Shown in pieces: positions 1-10,759 of a DNA stretch of 64,000 bases; position 1 is the stretch's first letter, and each line of letters opens with the position of its first letter. The DNA is from Andalucia godoyi And28 (lineage: Eukaryota > Protista > Jakobida): NCBI GenBank assembly GCA_009859145.1, contig VRVR01000042.1, forward strand, positions 85,384-149,383. Direction: 5' to 3'. The notes under the pieces are model-generated. The model saw only the letters and a list, made by a program, of their open reading frames with translations, made no database searches and was not told where the DNA came from. The position numbers were made by a program, and so were the translations under genes.

Positions 1-1
1 G

Positions 2-2068
2 GAAGATCCCAATTACCGGAAGGAGCTTTTTGGCACGGCAAACGACATGTTCGCTGGTTCCTTGTCAATTTTTGCAGAACAGCATCCTGACGAAGTCAAA
101 GTACAAGCGTCCATCTGCTTGTATTTGGTCTTCGAAAGGTTTTTAGACGAGAAGAAGAAACTGTTCGTTGCGGAGAATGCTCAGAACTGGATGATGGAGT
201 CGTCAACTGCTGGGAACAAAGATGGCAAGTGTGAAGAAGAAATCAAGCAGTACGAGAGATGGAGACGTGCGATAGTGCGGGACGTGATTCAGATCAGTTG
301 GACGCGAGAGTGGGCCCGCTTTCTCGTTAGCGTATGGATCAGCCATTTGGTAAGCGTTTTGAAGACTCCCGAAAGGAAGGATGTTGTTTCTGACAAGATC
401 GGTGCCATGATAGATGGCATCTCAATTTCATCTGTGGAGGACTTGGATGAAGGCAGCGCGTCTATCCTGAGCGCATTGTTCATCCAAGCCCTCTCCGTGG
501 ATCCCGAGAACAAATCGTTTGCAAATCGACTGTCCAGCATGGCACAAAAATCCTCTGTATTTTTGTCGTGCTTCATTTCGTCATGTGCGTCTATGAGAGA
601 CGTAGTCCTGCCCCGCGATGTGTTGGTGTGTATTCGCCAGCAGTGCAGCCTGCAGATAATCTCCCAGGATGCTGTAGCTTGGAAGCGCATGCTTGTAGGG
701 ATTTCTTTTAACATTTTCTCGGATGCTGTGCAAAAACAGAAGAAATTAACGGAAGCGATTGTTGTATTGGGCGTTAGCGAGTGGGATGTCTTGTTGGATG
801 TCATTTCAGAGCATAAGACTGTGTCCGGACTTGAAGAAAAGGAAGGAGTCAGCTTGAATCCCTCGATGTTGATGCAATCTGTGACTTCTACGCCGGAGTC
901 TGAAGGCAAGAAACGATGGATTGTTCGAGAAGTTTGCGCCGCGTTTCAGCATTTTGTAGATACCAATGAACCACAAGTAGACCATTGTTTTGTGGCGCTT
1001 GTGCAGAAGTGGAATTCTCGAAGTCGATCTGACACTTTGATTTCAGTGGTGGCTGCGCTAGCAAGCTTCATGTCCGCTGCTTGCACCGCGAATGTTGTTG
1101 AGCTTTGTGTTCGCATACTCAAGCAACGGATGGCGGTGGAACACATTGTTGACCAGGTGGATGACCAGCTATTCTCAGTTTTGGCGCCTCTGCTGGTGCT
1201 CAAAACCATTCCTTTGACGCTGTTTGCAGATCTTCTTCCTGCTCTACGTCTGGATCTCTTCTCATGCTTGATCAAGTTGACAAAAGATGTCCGACAGCAT
1301 GTCAGACGAGTGGCGAGCGAGGTCCTTGCGCGTTCCTCGGATTCGTCATCTCTTCTCGAGTTTCTGGCCTCTCTGGATCCTGTCGTGGATTGGAGGCTGC
1401 GCTTGTTTCTTACTTGTCAGATTCTTTCGACTACCCCTGCGATTCTTCCTCAAAGTCATTTTGAATCCCTGATTGGAGAACGTCCGATGTCGGATGAACT
1501 TGCAGCTGCCCATTTTGAGACCATCAGCCTTTATGTTGTCACTGTACTGCAAGGTTTTCTTGAGCCCGAAATGATGCATGCATTGTGGACGTTCCCCACT
1601 GCTGCAGGAGTTTGTGGCAGAGCGGTTTCGCTCATTCTATCTCAGCGCCAAAAATTGTCCGGAAGTCAGCAACCCGTTTCTCTTCAAAACTGCCTCTCCC
1701 TTCTGCACTCCATCATGCTCCATGTTTCTGCATGCAATGACTCAACATCATCTCAGTCCGGTTCAATCGAACGATGGCTTGAAGTCGTGTTTCACTTGTC
1801 ATTTCTCATCTCGTCTTTGATTCCCTCCGATTTTGAATCCTCTATCATTTTGGATGTGATGCAGTGGTGCCTTAAGACACTGCGCTTTCAGCAACAAGAT
1901 GGCATTCGCTTCCAGGCTCTAAAGATCACAGGAGCTTTGGCATCTCACATCGCGGATGAGGCGGTGGTTGAATCGGTACAATCTATTTGGACGTCGCTGG
2001 CGAGAAATGCATCACCTCTTGGTGCACTCGCACAGCAGCTTTTGTCAGCCATCATCACTGCTTCCTAA
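2..2068 (+). CDS. Large helical-repeat (HEAT/ARM-like) hypothetical protein, 5'-truncated by the window edge
   Basis: 673-aa ORF from 47; the frame is open back to position 2 (EDPNYRKELFGTAND-M). Leu-rich helical composition with HEAT-like segments such as DVRQHVRRVASEVLA. Family not identified. Confidence 0.75.
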   Translation, partial: EDPNYRKELFGTANDMFAGSLSIFAEQHPDEVKVQASICLYLVFERFLDEKKKLFVAENAQNWMMESSTAGNKDGKCEEEIKQYERWRRAIVRDVIQISWTREWARFLVSVWISHLVSVLKTPERKDVVSDKIGAMIDGISISSVEDLDEGSASILSALFIQALSVDPENKSFANRLSSMAQKSSVFLSCFISSCASMRDVVLPRDVLVCIRQQCSLQIISQDAVAWKRMLVGISFNIFSDAVQKQKKLTEAIVVLGVSEWDVLLDVISEHKTVSGLEEKEGVSLNPSMLMQSVTSTPESEGKKRWIVREVCAAFQHFVDTNEPQVDHCFVALVQKWNSRSRSDTLISVVAALASFMSAACTANVVELCVRILKQRMAVEHIVDQVDDQLFSVLAPLLVLKTIPLTLFADLLPALRLDLFSCLIKLTKDVRQHVRRVASEVLARSSDSSSLLEFLASLDPVVDWRLRLFLTCQILSTTPAILPQSHFESLIGERPMSDELAAAHFETISLYVVTVLQGFLEPEMMHALWTFPTAAGVCGRAVSLILSQRQKLSGSQQPVSLQNCLSLLHSIMLHVSACNDSTSSQSGSIERWLEVVFHLSFLISSLIPSDFESSIILDVMQWCLKTLRFQQQDGIRFQALKITGALASHIADEAVVESVQSIWTSLARNASPLGALAQQLLSAIITAS

Positions 2069-2286
2069 GTGCAAACCCCAGTTTTCCCGCCAGCGTACTT
2101 CGAGAGCACAACAGTGCTTTTTCCGTGAGATGTTTACTTTCGGCTTCCACTTCAATGTTTTGCAAACTGCCGTAGGTCTCGTTTGGGGAATAAGAGATTT
2201 GGGGTGTTGTTCTTTTGGTTCGTGTTGGGGACACTCTTTTTTCCACTTGTTGCTTGTTCTCCTTGCTTGTTTTGCACAGCAAGCAA

Positions 2287-3161
2287 ATGAAGACCAAAGG
2301 TGTATTTGTGCTGTTTGAAGACGGAAACGTTTCGGCTTTGAGCCAGGGGTTTCGTTCTGTTGTTAAAGAGAGCGGATGCGGGTCGTTCGTCGTAGAGAGT
2401 GGTGACGTGCTTTCTCAAGCGTTGTGTCCTTCAGGAGTTGTATGGTCTTATTCTGCATCTCAGAAATGTTTTTTTGTTTAATTATATTTTTTCTCATTTT
2501 TTGTCGGTCAACATCTGTGTTTTGCTTATCTCTAGAATAGAGCCAATCTTTAAGCAGTCGCTTCAGACGGATTCAATCTCGAATCGTTATTTTGTCCCAT
2601 GACGCTCCAGATGCATCTTTGCAACGCTGCATGTCGCTGTTTGATTCTTGCGAGGTGACGTCTTCTGTTGATGGTTTTTTGATGGAGTTGTCACAGCATG
2701 CTGCTCTTCAAGAATCGCCTGCAGCTTCATCAAACGATCTGATGTTTGTCTACGTTGCAAAAAACATGTTCAACACGATTGTCAGTCGACTGGATGCAGT
2801 AAGCGATGTCATTCATCGCAGTTCTTGTACTCGGAATTCGGTTCTTTCTGTAATTGCGAACATTTCGTCGGACCAGATGGAGCTTGGGTCTGCAGTCTTG
2901 GAGGTTTTTGAAAAGTGTGCGTCCTCCACCCTGTGTCCATTTCGTCCGCGCCAATCGTGGCAGCTCGTGGACTCGACTGTTGACAAGACGCGTATCGGCA
3001 CGTTCATCATCAGCGGCCGCAACTGGGTGCGCGTGGATGAATGCGATTCGCTTTCAGTGAAGGACTGTGTGGCACGTGGTGCTTATCCTCCCCATGCACT
3101 CCGCTTTCTGCTTCCCGAACTCGTTTACAAGATGGGCTTTGCTGACAAGTACGGAGCCTAA
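2287..3161 (+). CDS. Two-exon protein resembling the plant At5g11810 family (degenerate alkaline-phosphatase/ApgM-like fold); join(2287..2439,2541..3161)
   Basis: Phase-0 intron GTATGG(2440)...AATAG(2540) joins MKTKGVFVLFEDG..CPSGV to SQSLSS..; C-terminus FRPRQSW...RVDEC...LLPELVYKMGFADKYGA resembles the PRQSY..HEVAFKLWKAPKYGA ending I recall for that family. Confidence 0.65.
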
Positions 3162-3478
3162 CAGCTTCCCAGTTTTGTACAAAATCACACACTGTAAAGA
3201 TGATCTTGCTTGTTTGTTTTTTGTTTTGTTTCGCCAGAAAAGAAAAGGAAGGGGGGGGGGGGGGGGGACGGCCCACACAACAGACCAAGAACAAGGCATT
3301 GAGAGTTTATATAAGAAGAGAAGAGATCGCAGCAACAAAGCAAGACAAAAAAACAGGGAAACAAAAAGAGAAAACGGAGGACAAAAAGATCTATGTGGTA
3401 ATTCAAAAGCACTGCAAAATCCTAGACAGAAGAAAAAGAAAAGGACATGCAGAAACAGCAGATTTTTTGGACTTCGGT

Positions 3479-3688
3479 TTAGTGCGCATGTGTATGGTCC
3501 TTCTGCGCAGCCTGCTGTTCATTCTTGAGTTTTTCTAATTGCTTCTTGTGGTGCAAACACTCGAAATAATCCTCGCGGAGAGCAGCACACGGACCGATCG
3601 AGTTGTTCTTTGACATGCATTCGCTGAACGTCATCCACGCGGTGTAGCACCGGCCCTGTGTTCCCTTGACTCCGAATCCAGAAGACAT
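3479..3688 (-). CDS. NDUFS5: NADH:ubiquinone oxidoreductase 15-kDa subunit (NDUFS5 family)
   Basis: MSSGFGVKGTQGRCYTAWMTFSECM...CAALREDYFECLHHKKQ: twin CX9C pattern and SGFG..GRC / EDY.ECLHH motifs. Start reassigned to ATG 3688. Confidence 0.9.
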   Translation of the reverse strand: MSSGFGVKGTQGRCYTAWMTFSECMSKNNSIGPCAALREDYFECLHHKKQLEKLKNEQQAAQKDHTHAH

Positions 3689-4158
3689 GCTTGATCTTGA
3701 AGATTGAGAAACGCCCAGATAGATATGTCCCTTTCTGCACAAATCCAATGTCGACGACGCTAGACGGCGAGTGTGCGTTTTTTCTGGGTCTGTTTTTTGT
3801 GGGTTTTTTTTTTTAAAAATAAATTGTGAAGGACGACGCCTTATGTTGTTTTTTTCAGTCGCTGGCTTTTTGCTGCACCCCTCTCCCACACAGCAGCATC
3901 AAAGAATCAAAACGAGGAGTGGGGGGAGCTGACTACAGTCCGTTTTCTCTTTATGCTGGATTGCCGCACGATCGGCAGATTCGACACTTCCAGTGGGGTT
4001 GGGGAAGTTGGGGCGATAAGGATGTGACAACTCGCACACACACGCAACACACACACAAATACACAAACAACAAGTCACGCAACAGCAACCACCCGGGTTC
4101 GAGACGGAATCTCCGAAGAAAGACAAGCGAAAACTCGGCTGTTTTGTTTACTCCTCTG

Positions 4159-5418
4159 ATGAACAAGCCTCTGATGTCAGAATCCAGTGTACCAAAGGAT
4201 CGAAGCGCAACTGCAGTAGGATCGAGCGCAGCTGCGTCCCCCACACTCCCTCCATCTCGAACACAGCCAAACAGTGGAAATCTCGGAACAGCTGCGGATC
4301 CACCGACACGAAAGCGAGACCGAGCGACACCGGCGTTTGCAAAGTCATCCTTCTTTTTGTTGTTTGCCATTGGTGTCATCCTGTGTATAGTCGCAAAATC
4401 CAATGCTTTTTCATTTCTGAGCAGCGTTCCTGCCATGGATTCGTGCAATGACGACGGTTGTCGTGGGTTATTTGCAGTGTTTCGCATATGTTGGGCAATG
4501 TTCATTTTCTTCGCAGTGCATTTGATTCTCACTCTCATGTTCAAAACGAGCCCAGAGTTCAAAGTCAGTGTCCAAAGGGACTGGTGGTTTTTCAAGATCA
4601 TCTTCTTCTTTGGGTTGATTGTCGCTGCGTTTTTCATCCGGAATGGCGTGTTTGTCGGATTTGCATATCTGTTCTTGATTCTCGGTGCTTTGTTTGTGGT
4701 GATGCAAGTTCTTATTCTTATTGACTTTGCCTATGACTGGAACGACTCGTGGGTGAAAAAAGAGAAGAATTCATATCTCGCAGGTCTTCTGGCGGTTTCT
4801 CTGCTCTTGTTTGTGGCGGGCCTGGTGGTTGTCGGTTTCATGTATTACTGGTTCACAACAGATGGAGCTTGCCACCTCAATAAGTTCTTCATCTCCATGA
4901 CCTTGATTTTCGGAGTGGTTACCACAATATTGTCTCTTAGAGTCAAGCACGGAGCTCTGCTGCCTTGTGCGGTCGTGTTTGCTACCACAGTTTACTGGAC
5001 GTGGTCTGCTATATTTTCTGAGCCTTCGTCTAGTGGCTGCAACTCGCTGCGAGGGTCTTCCAGATTTGAAACAGCGCAAATTGTTATTTCCGTCACTCTT
5101 GCGTGTTTGTCGATGGTTTACACAGTGATGAGAACCACTTCGCAAACGCAGGCGTTCTCCACCGAAAAGCCCGAGGAAGAGGAGCTCAAGAAGGAAAAAT
5201 ACTGGCTGTTTCATACGATCATGGTCGTGGCCTCTGGCTACTGTTCAGCAGCATTTTCGAATTGGTCTTTTGACGGGTCGACAGACGTATCGTCCATTGA
5301 TGAAGGTTGGGTGTCGACGGGTATAAAGATTGCTGCTACGTGGCTGGCGGCGCTTCTTTATATCTGGTCATTGATTGCACCGTATGTCTTCAAGAATCGC
5401 GATTTTGGTTGGGACTAG
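4159..5418 (+). CDS. SERINC: Serine incorporator (SERINC/TMS) membrane protein
   Basis: Multi-TM protein with VFRICWAM, WWFFK, LILIDFAYDWNDSW, FHTIM..ASGY, WLAALLYIWSLIAP...RDF motifs. Likely start ATG 4159 or 4174. Confidence 0.92.
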   Translation: MNKPLMSESSVPKDRSATAVGSSAAASPTLPPSRTQPNSGNLGTAADPPTRKRDRATPAFAKSSFFLLFAIGVILCIVAKSNAFSFLSSVPAMDSCNDDGCRGLFAVFRICWAMFIFFAVHLILTLMFKTSPEFKVSVQRDWWFFKIIFFFGLIVAAFFIRNGVFVGFAYLFLILGALFVVMQVLILIDFAYDWNDSWVKKEKNSYLAGLLAVSLLLFVAGLVVVGFMYYWFTTDGACHLNKFFISMTLIFGVVTTILSLRVKHGALLPCAVVFATTVYWTWSAIFSEPSSSGCNSLRGSSRFETAQIVISVTLACLSMVYTVMRTTSQTQAFSTEKPEEEELKKEKYWLFHTIMVVASGYCSAAFSNWSFDGSTDVSSIDEGWVSTGIKIAATWLAALLYIWSLIAPYVFKNRDFGWD

Positions 5419-5578
5419 ACTGATCAGCCAATTCGTGGACTACAATTTACTACAGATCGAATCCTGAACATTGTCCGACGGAGGATGTTGCAAGAAGGAG
5501 TGGGAGAGACAGAAACGAAATAAACAGCGAAATATTGATACAAGAAAAAAGAAAAGAAGAAGAAGAAGAAGAAGAAAA

Positions 5579-7459
5579 TTAAGGGGAAAGCTTCTTTTGC
5601 AAGTCCTTGGAAGGGCTTGAGTGGCGCATGACAAATGCTTCGCGCTTCGAGAAATCACGCTGCTTGGACCAAGCATCAGTCAACGTTTGAGTGGTCAGTT
5701 CCTTTTTCCTACGGACTTCTTCCCTCTCGGCTAACAATTCGCGACGAGCTCGTTCTGTCGCTTCTGCCTGGAACTTGCGCTCTGCTTCCATCTCCTGTCG
5801 CTTCAGGAGTTCGCGTTCAGACATTTGTTCGTCAAGACGATCACGGAAAGCAGCCTTGTTCCGGTGATCCTGCTCGCGGGTAAGGTAGGATTCTGGTCGA
5901 GGAAAGGGGGCATCCACTGGAGCTCGAACAAAGTCAGTTTCGCGCTCTTTACGAGACTTTGCTTCCTCCATCTGTTTCTGCAGCATCCTTCGCATTTCGG
6001 CCATCTCCATGCGGTGTTCCTCTCTATGAATTTGCTCCAGTTTCTTGGCGTTGACCACTTGCGCATCAAACTCCAATTGCCGAGCATCCTCGGCAGACCG
6101 ACGAACTTCGAGATCGCGGCGGTATCGATCAGCGGCATCTGCCATAGCATTTTGCAATCTCGCTCCTGGCGGCATGTTGATTGCATTGAAAGCAACATCA
6201 GGCGATGCCGTCAGAAACTTGTAGGACTCTGGAGATGTTGGCATTGCACCCAGCGTCGCGTCCAACGAAGCATGTGGAGAATCAATATCTGCACGGTGAG
6301 ATTGCACTAGGTTTTCAGCAGCATGCTGGACATCGAAGAGAGAATCGCGCGTGCCCTTGTATTTTGCATACCGTACGGCGCTGCGCCGCAGCTGTTCATT
6401 CTTCTCGATAATTTCTCGGCGCGGATCATCAGCAGCAAGTTCATCAATGTAAGAGACTTCCGGTTTTTTCAAAGGTCGCTGGTTCGCAATGTTTCCGCCG
6501 TCAAAAGCTCCTTCAACCAACATGGAGTTGGAATGAGAAGTCGCGTCGCGATAGCCAAGGCGCGCAGGAACAGTCTTTGGGCTCAATGTGGCCGATTCTA
6601 ATCCGAACAACACAGAAGGTGACATGGCAGAGGCCGACAATGGACGGTCGGCTGTTGCTGAAAAAGGCATCGGAGAAACAATTGACGGAGTGTTAAGACG
6701 GTTCGGCGACACTGGTCGGAACTTGGACGTCGGTGCTGAAAGCGTGCCATGGCTAGACGAGAGTGCTCGTGTCTCTTGTTCAATTTCTGTCAACGAACCC
6801 ACAACATGTCCATTTTGCGCAACTGCAGGGGGTGCGGCTGGAGAGGCAGTTGAAGAGTGCTCAATCTTCATGACCTGCACATTTGAAGACTTGTGGTTCT
6901 TCGAAAAATGGAAGTGCAAAATCTTCTTGTCAGACAATAAGCGACCAAAACCAAAAGAGACATCCACGGCAAAACCAGTGCCAATGGCAACTCCCAGTTG
7001 ATCCACGAGGTGCTTGATAACATTCTGCACCCACTCCTTTCGCGCTTGCATATTCTGGACGATAATCGACACATTCACCTCCACTGTCGAGACCAACTGC
7101 CTGTTCGCAGACTTTTGCGAAGTTCTGATATCGTTTGCTCGAAGAAAGATGTCTGCAGGAACAAACATCGGAACATGAGTTTCTTGAACACCCAACGTAC
7201 CCAAATCACGACGGTCCACACGCAGCGTAAACTTCCCAAATCCAGCAATGCTCGTTCCTTTCAAGGCAGCATAGTTCTGGGAAATCTGATCACAGATTGC
7301 ATTGAACACAGACTCGATAAATGACAGCGGCAAAGGATGGTGAAGTCTGGACAAACGACGTTCACAGTCAGCAAGCAGCTGCCCAACAGCGTACGCTGAC
7401 GAAGCGGATCGCGGTGGAGGGCTGCCCGGAGTTAAAGGCGTCTGTGGAATTGACGACAT
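5579..7459 (-). CDS. CCDC81: CCDC81-like protein (two N-terminal HU-like domains plus C-terminal coiled coil)
   Basis: KGTSIAGFGKFT...VPMFVPADIF and VDVSFGFGRLLSDKKILHFHF match CCDC81 HU-domain patterns; charged coiled-coil tail. Start set at MSSIPQ (7459). Confidence 0.75.
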   Translation of the reverse strand: MSSIPQTPLTPGSPPPRSASSAYAVGQLLADCERRLSRLHHPLPLSFIESVFNAICDQISQNYAALKGTSIAGFGKFTLRVDRRDLGTLGVQETHVPMFVPADIFLRANDIRTSQKSANRQLVSTVEVNVSIIVQNMQARKEWVQNVIKHLVDQLGVAIGTGFAVDVSFGFGRLLSDKKILHFHFSKNHKSSNVQVMKIEHSSTASPAAPPAVAQNGHVVGSLTEIEQETRALSSSHGTLSAPTSKFRPVSPNRLNTPSIVSPMPFSATADRPLSASAMSPSVLFGLESATLSPKTVPARLGYRDATSHSNSMLVEGAFDGGNIANQRPLKKPEVSYIDELAADDPRREIIEKNEQLRRSAVRYAKYKGTRDSLFDVQHAAENLVQSHRADIDSPHASLDATLGAMPTSPESYKFLTASPDVAFNAINMPPGARLQNAMADAADRYRRDLEVRRSAEDARQLEFDAQVVNAKKLEQIHREEHRMEMAEMRRMLQKQMEEAKSRKERETDFVRAPVDAPFPRPESYLTREQDHRNKAAFRDRLDEQMSERELLKRQEMEAERKFQAEATERARRELLAEREEVRRKKELTTQTLTDAWSKQRDFSKREAFVMRHSSPSKDLQKKLSP

Positions 7460-7721
7460 GAAGAAATTCGAAGTTCTAAACGGGCGGTCTTCCGAATAGA
7501 AAACGGAGAAAGGGCGAAAGATCAGAAGACGTGAAGAAATCAACAACCAACAAGAAAATTGACAACCCCCGAAAAGGCATTCTGGTACGGATTTACGGAA
7601 TTCGACGGTTGCATTGAGGAATGACAGGGCTGACAGAGAGACTGACTGCCACACGGCGGAGCACTCAACTAGGTTCAGAACTCAATTTGCATTGCATTGT
7701 TGCGAACCGGAAGTTGCGGAA

Positions 7722-7770
7722 GTTTCGTTTCGTTTGGTTTGGTTTGGTTTGGTTTGGTTTGGTTTGGTTG
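7722..7770. repeat. Pentanucleotide tandem repeat (GTTTC)2(GTTTG)n
   Basis: Directly visible in intergenic sequence. Confidence 0.9.
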
Positions 7771-7815
7771 GGGGGGACAACAAACGACATCGACCACATC
7801 TTCGAAAAATGTTTA

Positions 7816-8874
7816 CTATGTCAGATGAATGCGCAAACCAGCTGCCGTGAGCTTCCCACTTTCATAACGATTGCACACATGCTGTCCGACTCGCGCCCAC
7901 TGCTCATGCGAGACAAGACCTTCCTGCACCACATCGACATCAAGATCGCTGAGATCCCCGGATTCCAAATCCTGTCTTCTAGATTCAATCTCGCGATCAA
8001 TGAATTTTCTGCAGGATCGGGCCAAGCGACTTAGACAGAGCAACTCGTTCACTTCCTTCGCTTTCTCCGCAGATTCTGGAGAATCCGGTGGAATGCATAG
8101 CCCACCGTCTGGAAAACAAGAAGCGGTGGTGGATGCGCTGGAAGGACCTGCCGAATGAAGCGCGGGAGAGTGCGCATCGCCATTCTCAATCTGCTGTGCT
8201 GACAGTGTCTCGACAGCTGCAGCAACCGCGTCGAGACCATGAAACAGATCCTCCATTGCGTTTTTCTTCTTTGGCAGTTTGTTTTTCCTTGAATTTGGGT
8301 GTTTGGGTACTGATGGACGTGGAATGGCAGAAATGAACGGAGGCACTGGCTCCGTAGGCATCGGGAAATCGTCGACTACTAGCGAATCCTCCTTGACTGG
8401 GGGACCGGTTGCGACGGACACGGCATCTGCCTCACCCCAGTCCGGAATTCCATTATGAGCCACAGTTGCTCTTCGGACGTTGGCCTCAAAATAAAATAGT
8501 TCTTCAGAAGGTATTGTCCAGCCATTTCGTTGCACCTGAGCAGTAATCATAGCGAAAATACTGCGCACATGCTGGTATCTCTGCACAGCATTGTCACCGA
8601 ATATCCGAGAATGTGATTTTCCAGGGACGTACCATTTCCCAAGTCCAGAACGTCTATAGATCACTCCATCTCGGGTGATAAATATCCATCCCTTTGGACG
8701 TTCTGCCTCCAGCCAGCCTGGAAGAACAACTGGATCCGTCGTTATCACTCGCCTGTACAGTCTATTTTCCGGAGTATTCAAAAAGGTTCCAGCAGGGGAA
8801 GCAGCGCATTGATCATCAACCAGGTCGTCATTCCCTGCCTGAAGGAGTGAATTCGGCTTCCACTCCCGATGCAT
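7816..8874 (-). CDS. Hypothetical protein, 352 aa
   Basis: Long ORF with an aromatic-rich N-terminal region, basic patch RKNKLPKKK and acidic helical C-terminus. No family recognised. Confidence 0.65.
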   Translation of the reverse strand: MHREWKPNSLLQAGNDDLVDDQCAASPAGTFLNTPENRLYRRVITTDPVVLPGWLEAERPKGWIFITRDGVIYRRSGLGKWYVPGKSHSRIFGDNAVQRYQHVRSIFAMITAQVQRNGWTIPSEELFYFEANVRRATVAHNGIPDWGEADAVSVATGPPVKEDSLVVDDFPMPTEPVPPFISAIPRPSVPKHPNSRKNKLPKKKNAMEDLFHGLDAVAAAVETLSAQQIENGDAHSPALHSAGPSSASTTASCFPDGGLCIPPDSPESAEKAKEVNELLCLSRLARSCRKFIDREIESRRQDLESGDLSDLDVDVVQEGLVSHEQWARVGQHVCNRYESGKLTAAGLRIHLT

Positions 8875-9315
8875 GTAGGCTGCGCTGAGGTACCTGCCGT
8901 GCGTCCACGCTTAGCAGAAAAAACAACGCTGGTTTCCAAAGAACGTCAGGACGTTCGCAGGGCTTCCTTTACAGCTGGCCGGAAAGGAGGGCCAGCTGCC
9001 GTTGGGCAGGTTGCATCAAGCATCACGTTCGCCGGATCAGCTCAGGAAAAAAAAAACGCCAATAAACGGTGGAAGCTTTCACAGACAGAGGAATTCCCCA
9101 GGAATTCTTGACCACGGATGGAGTGTACGGGGTAAGTGTACGCGGAGAATATCGCTGTTCCGTGGCCTCGAAGATTTGACCTTGGCGCACCCCAACGCCA
9201 CCGTTGTTTCTCCTGCTCTTCACTTCTCTTGTTCATTTGCTTTTTCTTTCTGTTCTCTCTTTTTCTCTTTTCCGTTTTCCTCATTTCTTCGTTTCTCTTC
9301 TCACATTTCCAAACA

Positions 9316-10329
9316 ATGAAGGTCCTGTTCATCGCCTGCGTTGCGGCTCTCATTGCCTGCGCCGTTGCCTCCTCGCTCTCCGACCATGAGGCCGAGTTCC
9401 TGTTCAACCAGTGGGCTGCCAAGCACAGCAAGGAGTACAAGTCCTTGTCTGAGCGTGCATACCGCCAGCGGGTTTTCCGTAAGAACATGGATTTCATCGT
9501 TTCCGAGAATGCCAAGGGTAACTCGTACTCTCTTGCCATGAACGAGTTCGGTGACATGACCAACGTCGAGTTCCGCGCCAAGTTCACTGCACCCCTCAAG
9601 AACACCCCCAACATGTTTGCCAACGCCGCTGGACTCCACAAGTACAACGGAGAGGCGCTCCCGACTTCTGTTGACTGGGTTGCAGCCGGAAAGGTCAACC
9701 CCGTCAAGAACCAGCAGCAGTGCGGATCCTGCTGGGCGTTCTCTGCAACTTGCGCCATCGAGTCTGCGTGGGCCATTGCCAAGAACCAGCTTGTCTCGCT
9801 CTCTGAGCAGCAGCTTGTCGACTGCTCTGCAAAGTACGGTAACTCTGGATGCGAAGGTGGACTTATGTCTCAGGCTTTCGAGTACGTCATTGCAAATGGA
9901 GGACAGGACAAGGAGTCCACTTATCCGTACAGAGCCACTGACGGATCTTGCAAGTTCAAGTCGGCCAACATCGGAGCCAAGATCACTTCGTATGTTAACG
10001 TCACTGCAAACTCGAATGCTGACATGATGTCCGCTGTTGCAAAGGGACCCGTTTCCATTGCCATCTATGCTGCTGGAACTTCTTTCCAGTTCTACTCGGA
10101 GGGTGTCTACTCGGACCCGTCGTGCTTGGAAGACATTTCCGACCTTGATCACGGAGTTGTTGTTGTTGGATATGGTCTTTCGGACAACAACAAGCCGTAC
10201 TGGAAGGTTCGTAACTCCTGGGGTCAGTCTTGGGGACAGTCTGGATATATCTATATGGCCCGTGGTACTGGAGCATCTGACTCCAACACCTGCGGACTCC
10301 TTGATATTCCGTCCTACCCTGTCGTTTAA
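9316..10329 (+). CDS. Cathepsin L-like papain-family (C1A) cysteine protease with signal peptide and I29 prodomain
   Basis: Signal peptide MKVLFIACVAALIACAVA; ERFNIN-like ERAYRQRVFRKN; NEFGD; catalytic QQQCGSCWAFS, LDHGV, VRNSWG; strong codon bias. Confidence 0.97.
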   Translation: MKVLFIACVAALIACAVASSLSDHEAEFLFNQWAAKHSKEYKSLSERAYRQRVFRKNMDFIVSENAKGNSYSLAMNEFGDMTNVEFRAKFTAPLKNTPNMFANAAGLHKYNGEALPTSVDWVAAGKVNPVKNQQQCGSCWAFSATCAIESAWAIAKNQLVSLSEQQLVDCSAKYGNSGCEGGLMSQAFEYVIANGGQDKESTYPYRATDGSCKFKSANIGAKITSYVNVTANSNADMMSAVAKGPVSIAIYAAGTSFQFYSEGVYSDPSCLEDISDLDHGVVVVGYGLSDNNKPYWKVRNSWGQSWGQSGYIYMARGTGASDSNTCGLLDIPSYPVV

Positions 10330-10759
10330 GTTTGGAATGTCTGTTCCGTCCGTTGAATCGGCGTAAATTTGCTCGACTATATATCCACCCTTACTTTTCC
10401 TGATTATTTAATTATTATTATTGTTCTTTTTGATAAAAACAATATTCTCTTATTCTTACAAATTTGCTGCGCAATCGGTGTCGTCAAGACCGAAAAGTCA
10501 TAAAAAGTGTAAGACAAGAACAGGCGCAGTCCACTTGCACGGCGTTTCAAAGCGATTTGAGCCATTTGAGAGAGACACACATGCACATGATCCAGATCAA
10601 TACCCGACCGATACACAGCATCGCAAACGCAACGGAGCAGGGTACACGCGCTCAGCACAGGACGGGTGTGAACCACAGAGGAGCGCGAAACGCTGAGAAT
10701 GCACGTCTGGCATTCCGGGCAAGATACAGACATCATAGAGCATACAGATGAACTCGAGA

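Noticed and set aside
9301-10152. 283-aa antisense ORF over the cathepsin gene (similar shadows over FTHFS, AMT, TMEM181 and the 48-52 kb gene)
   Set aside because: Explained by biased codon usage of the sense gene; translations carry no motifs.
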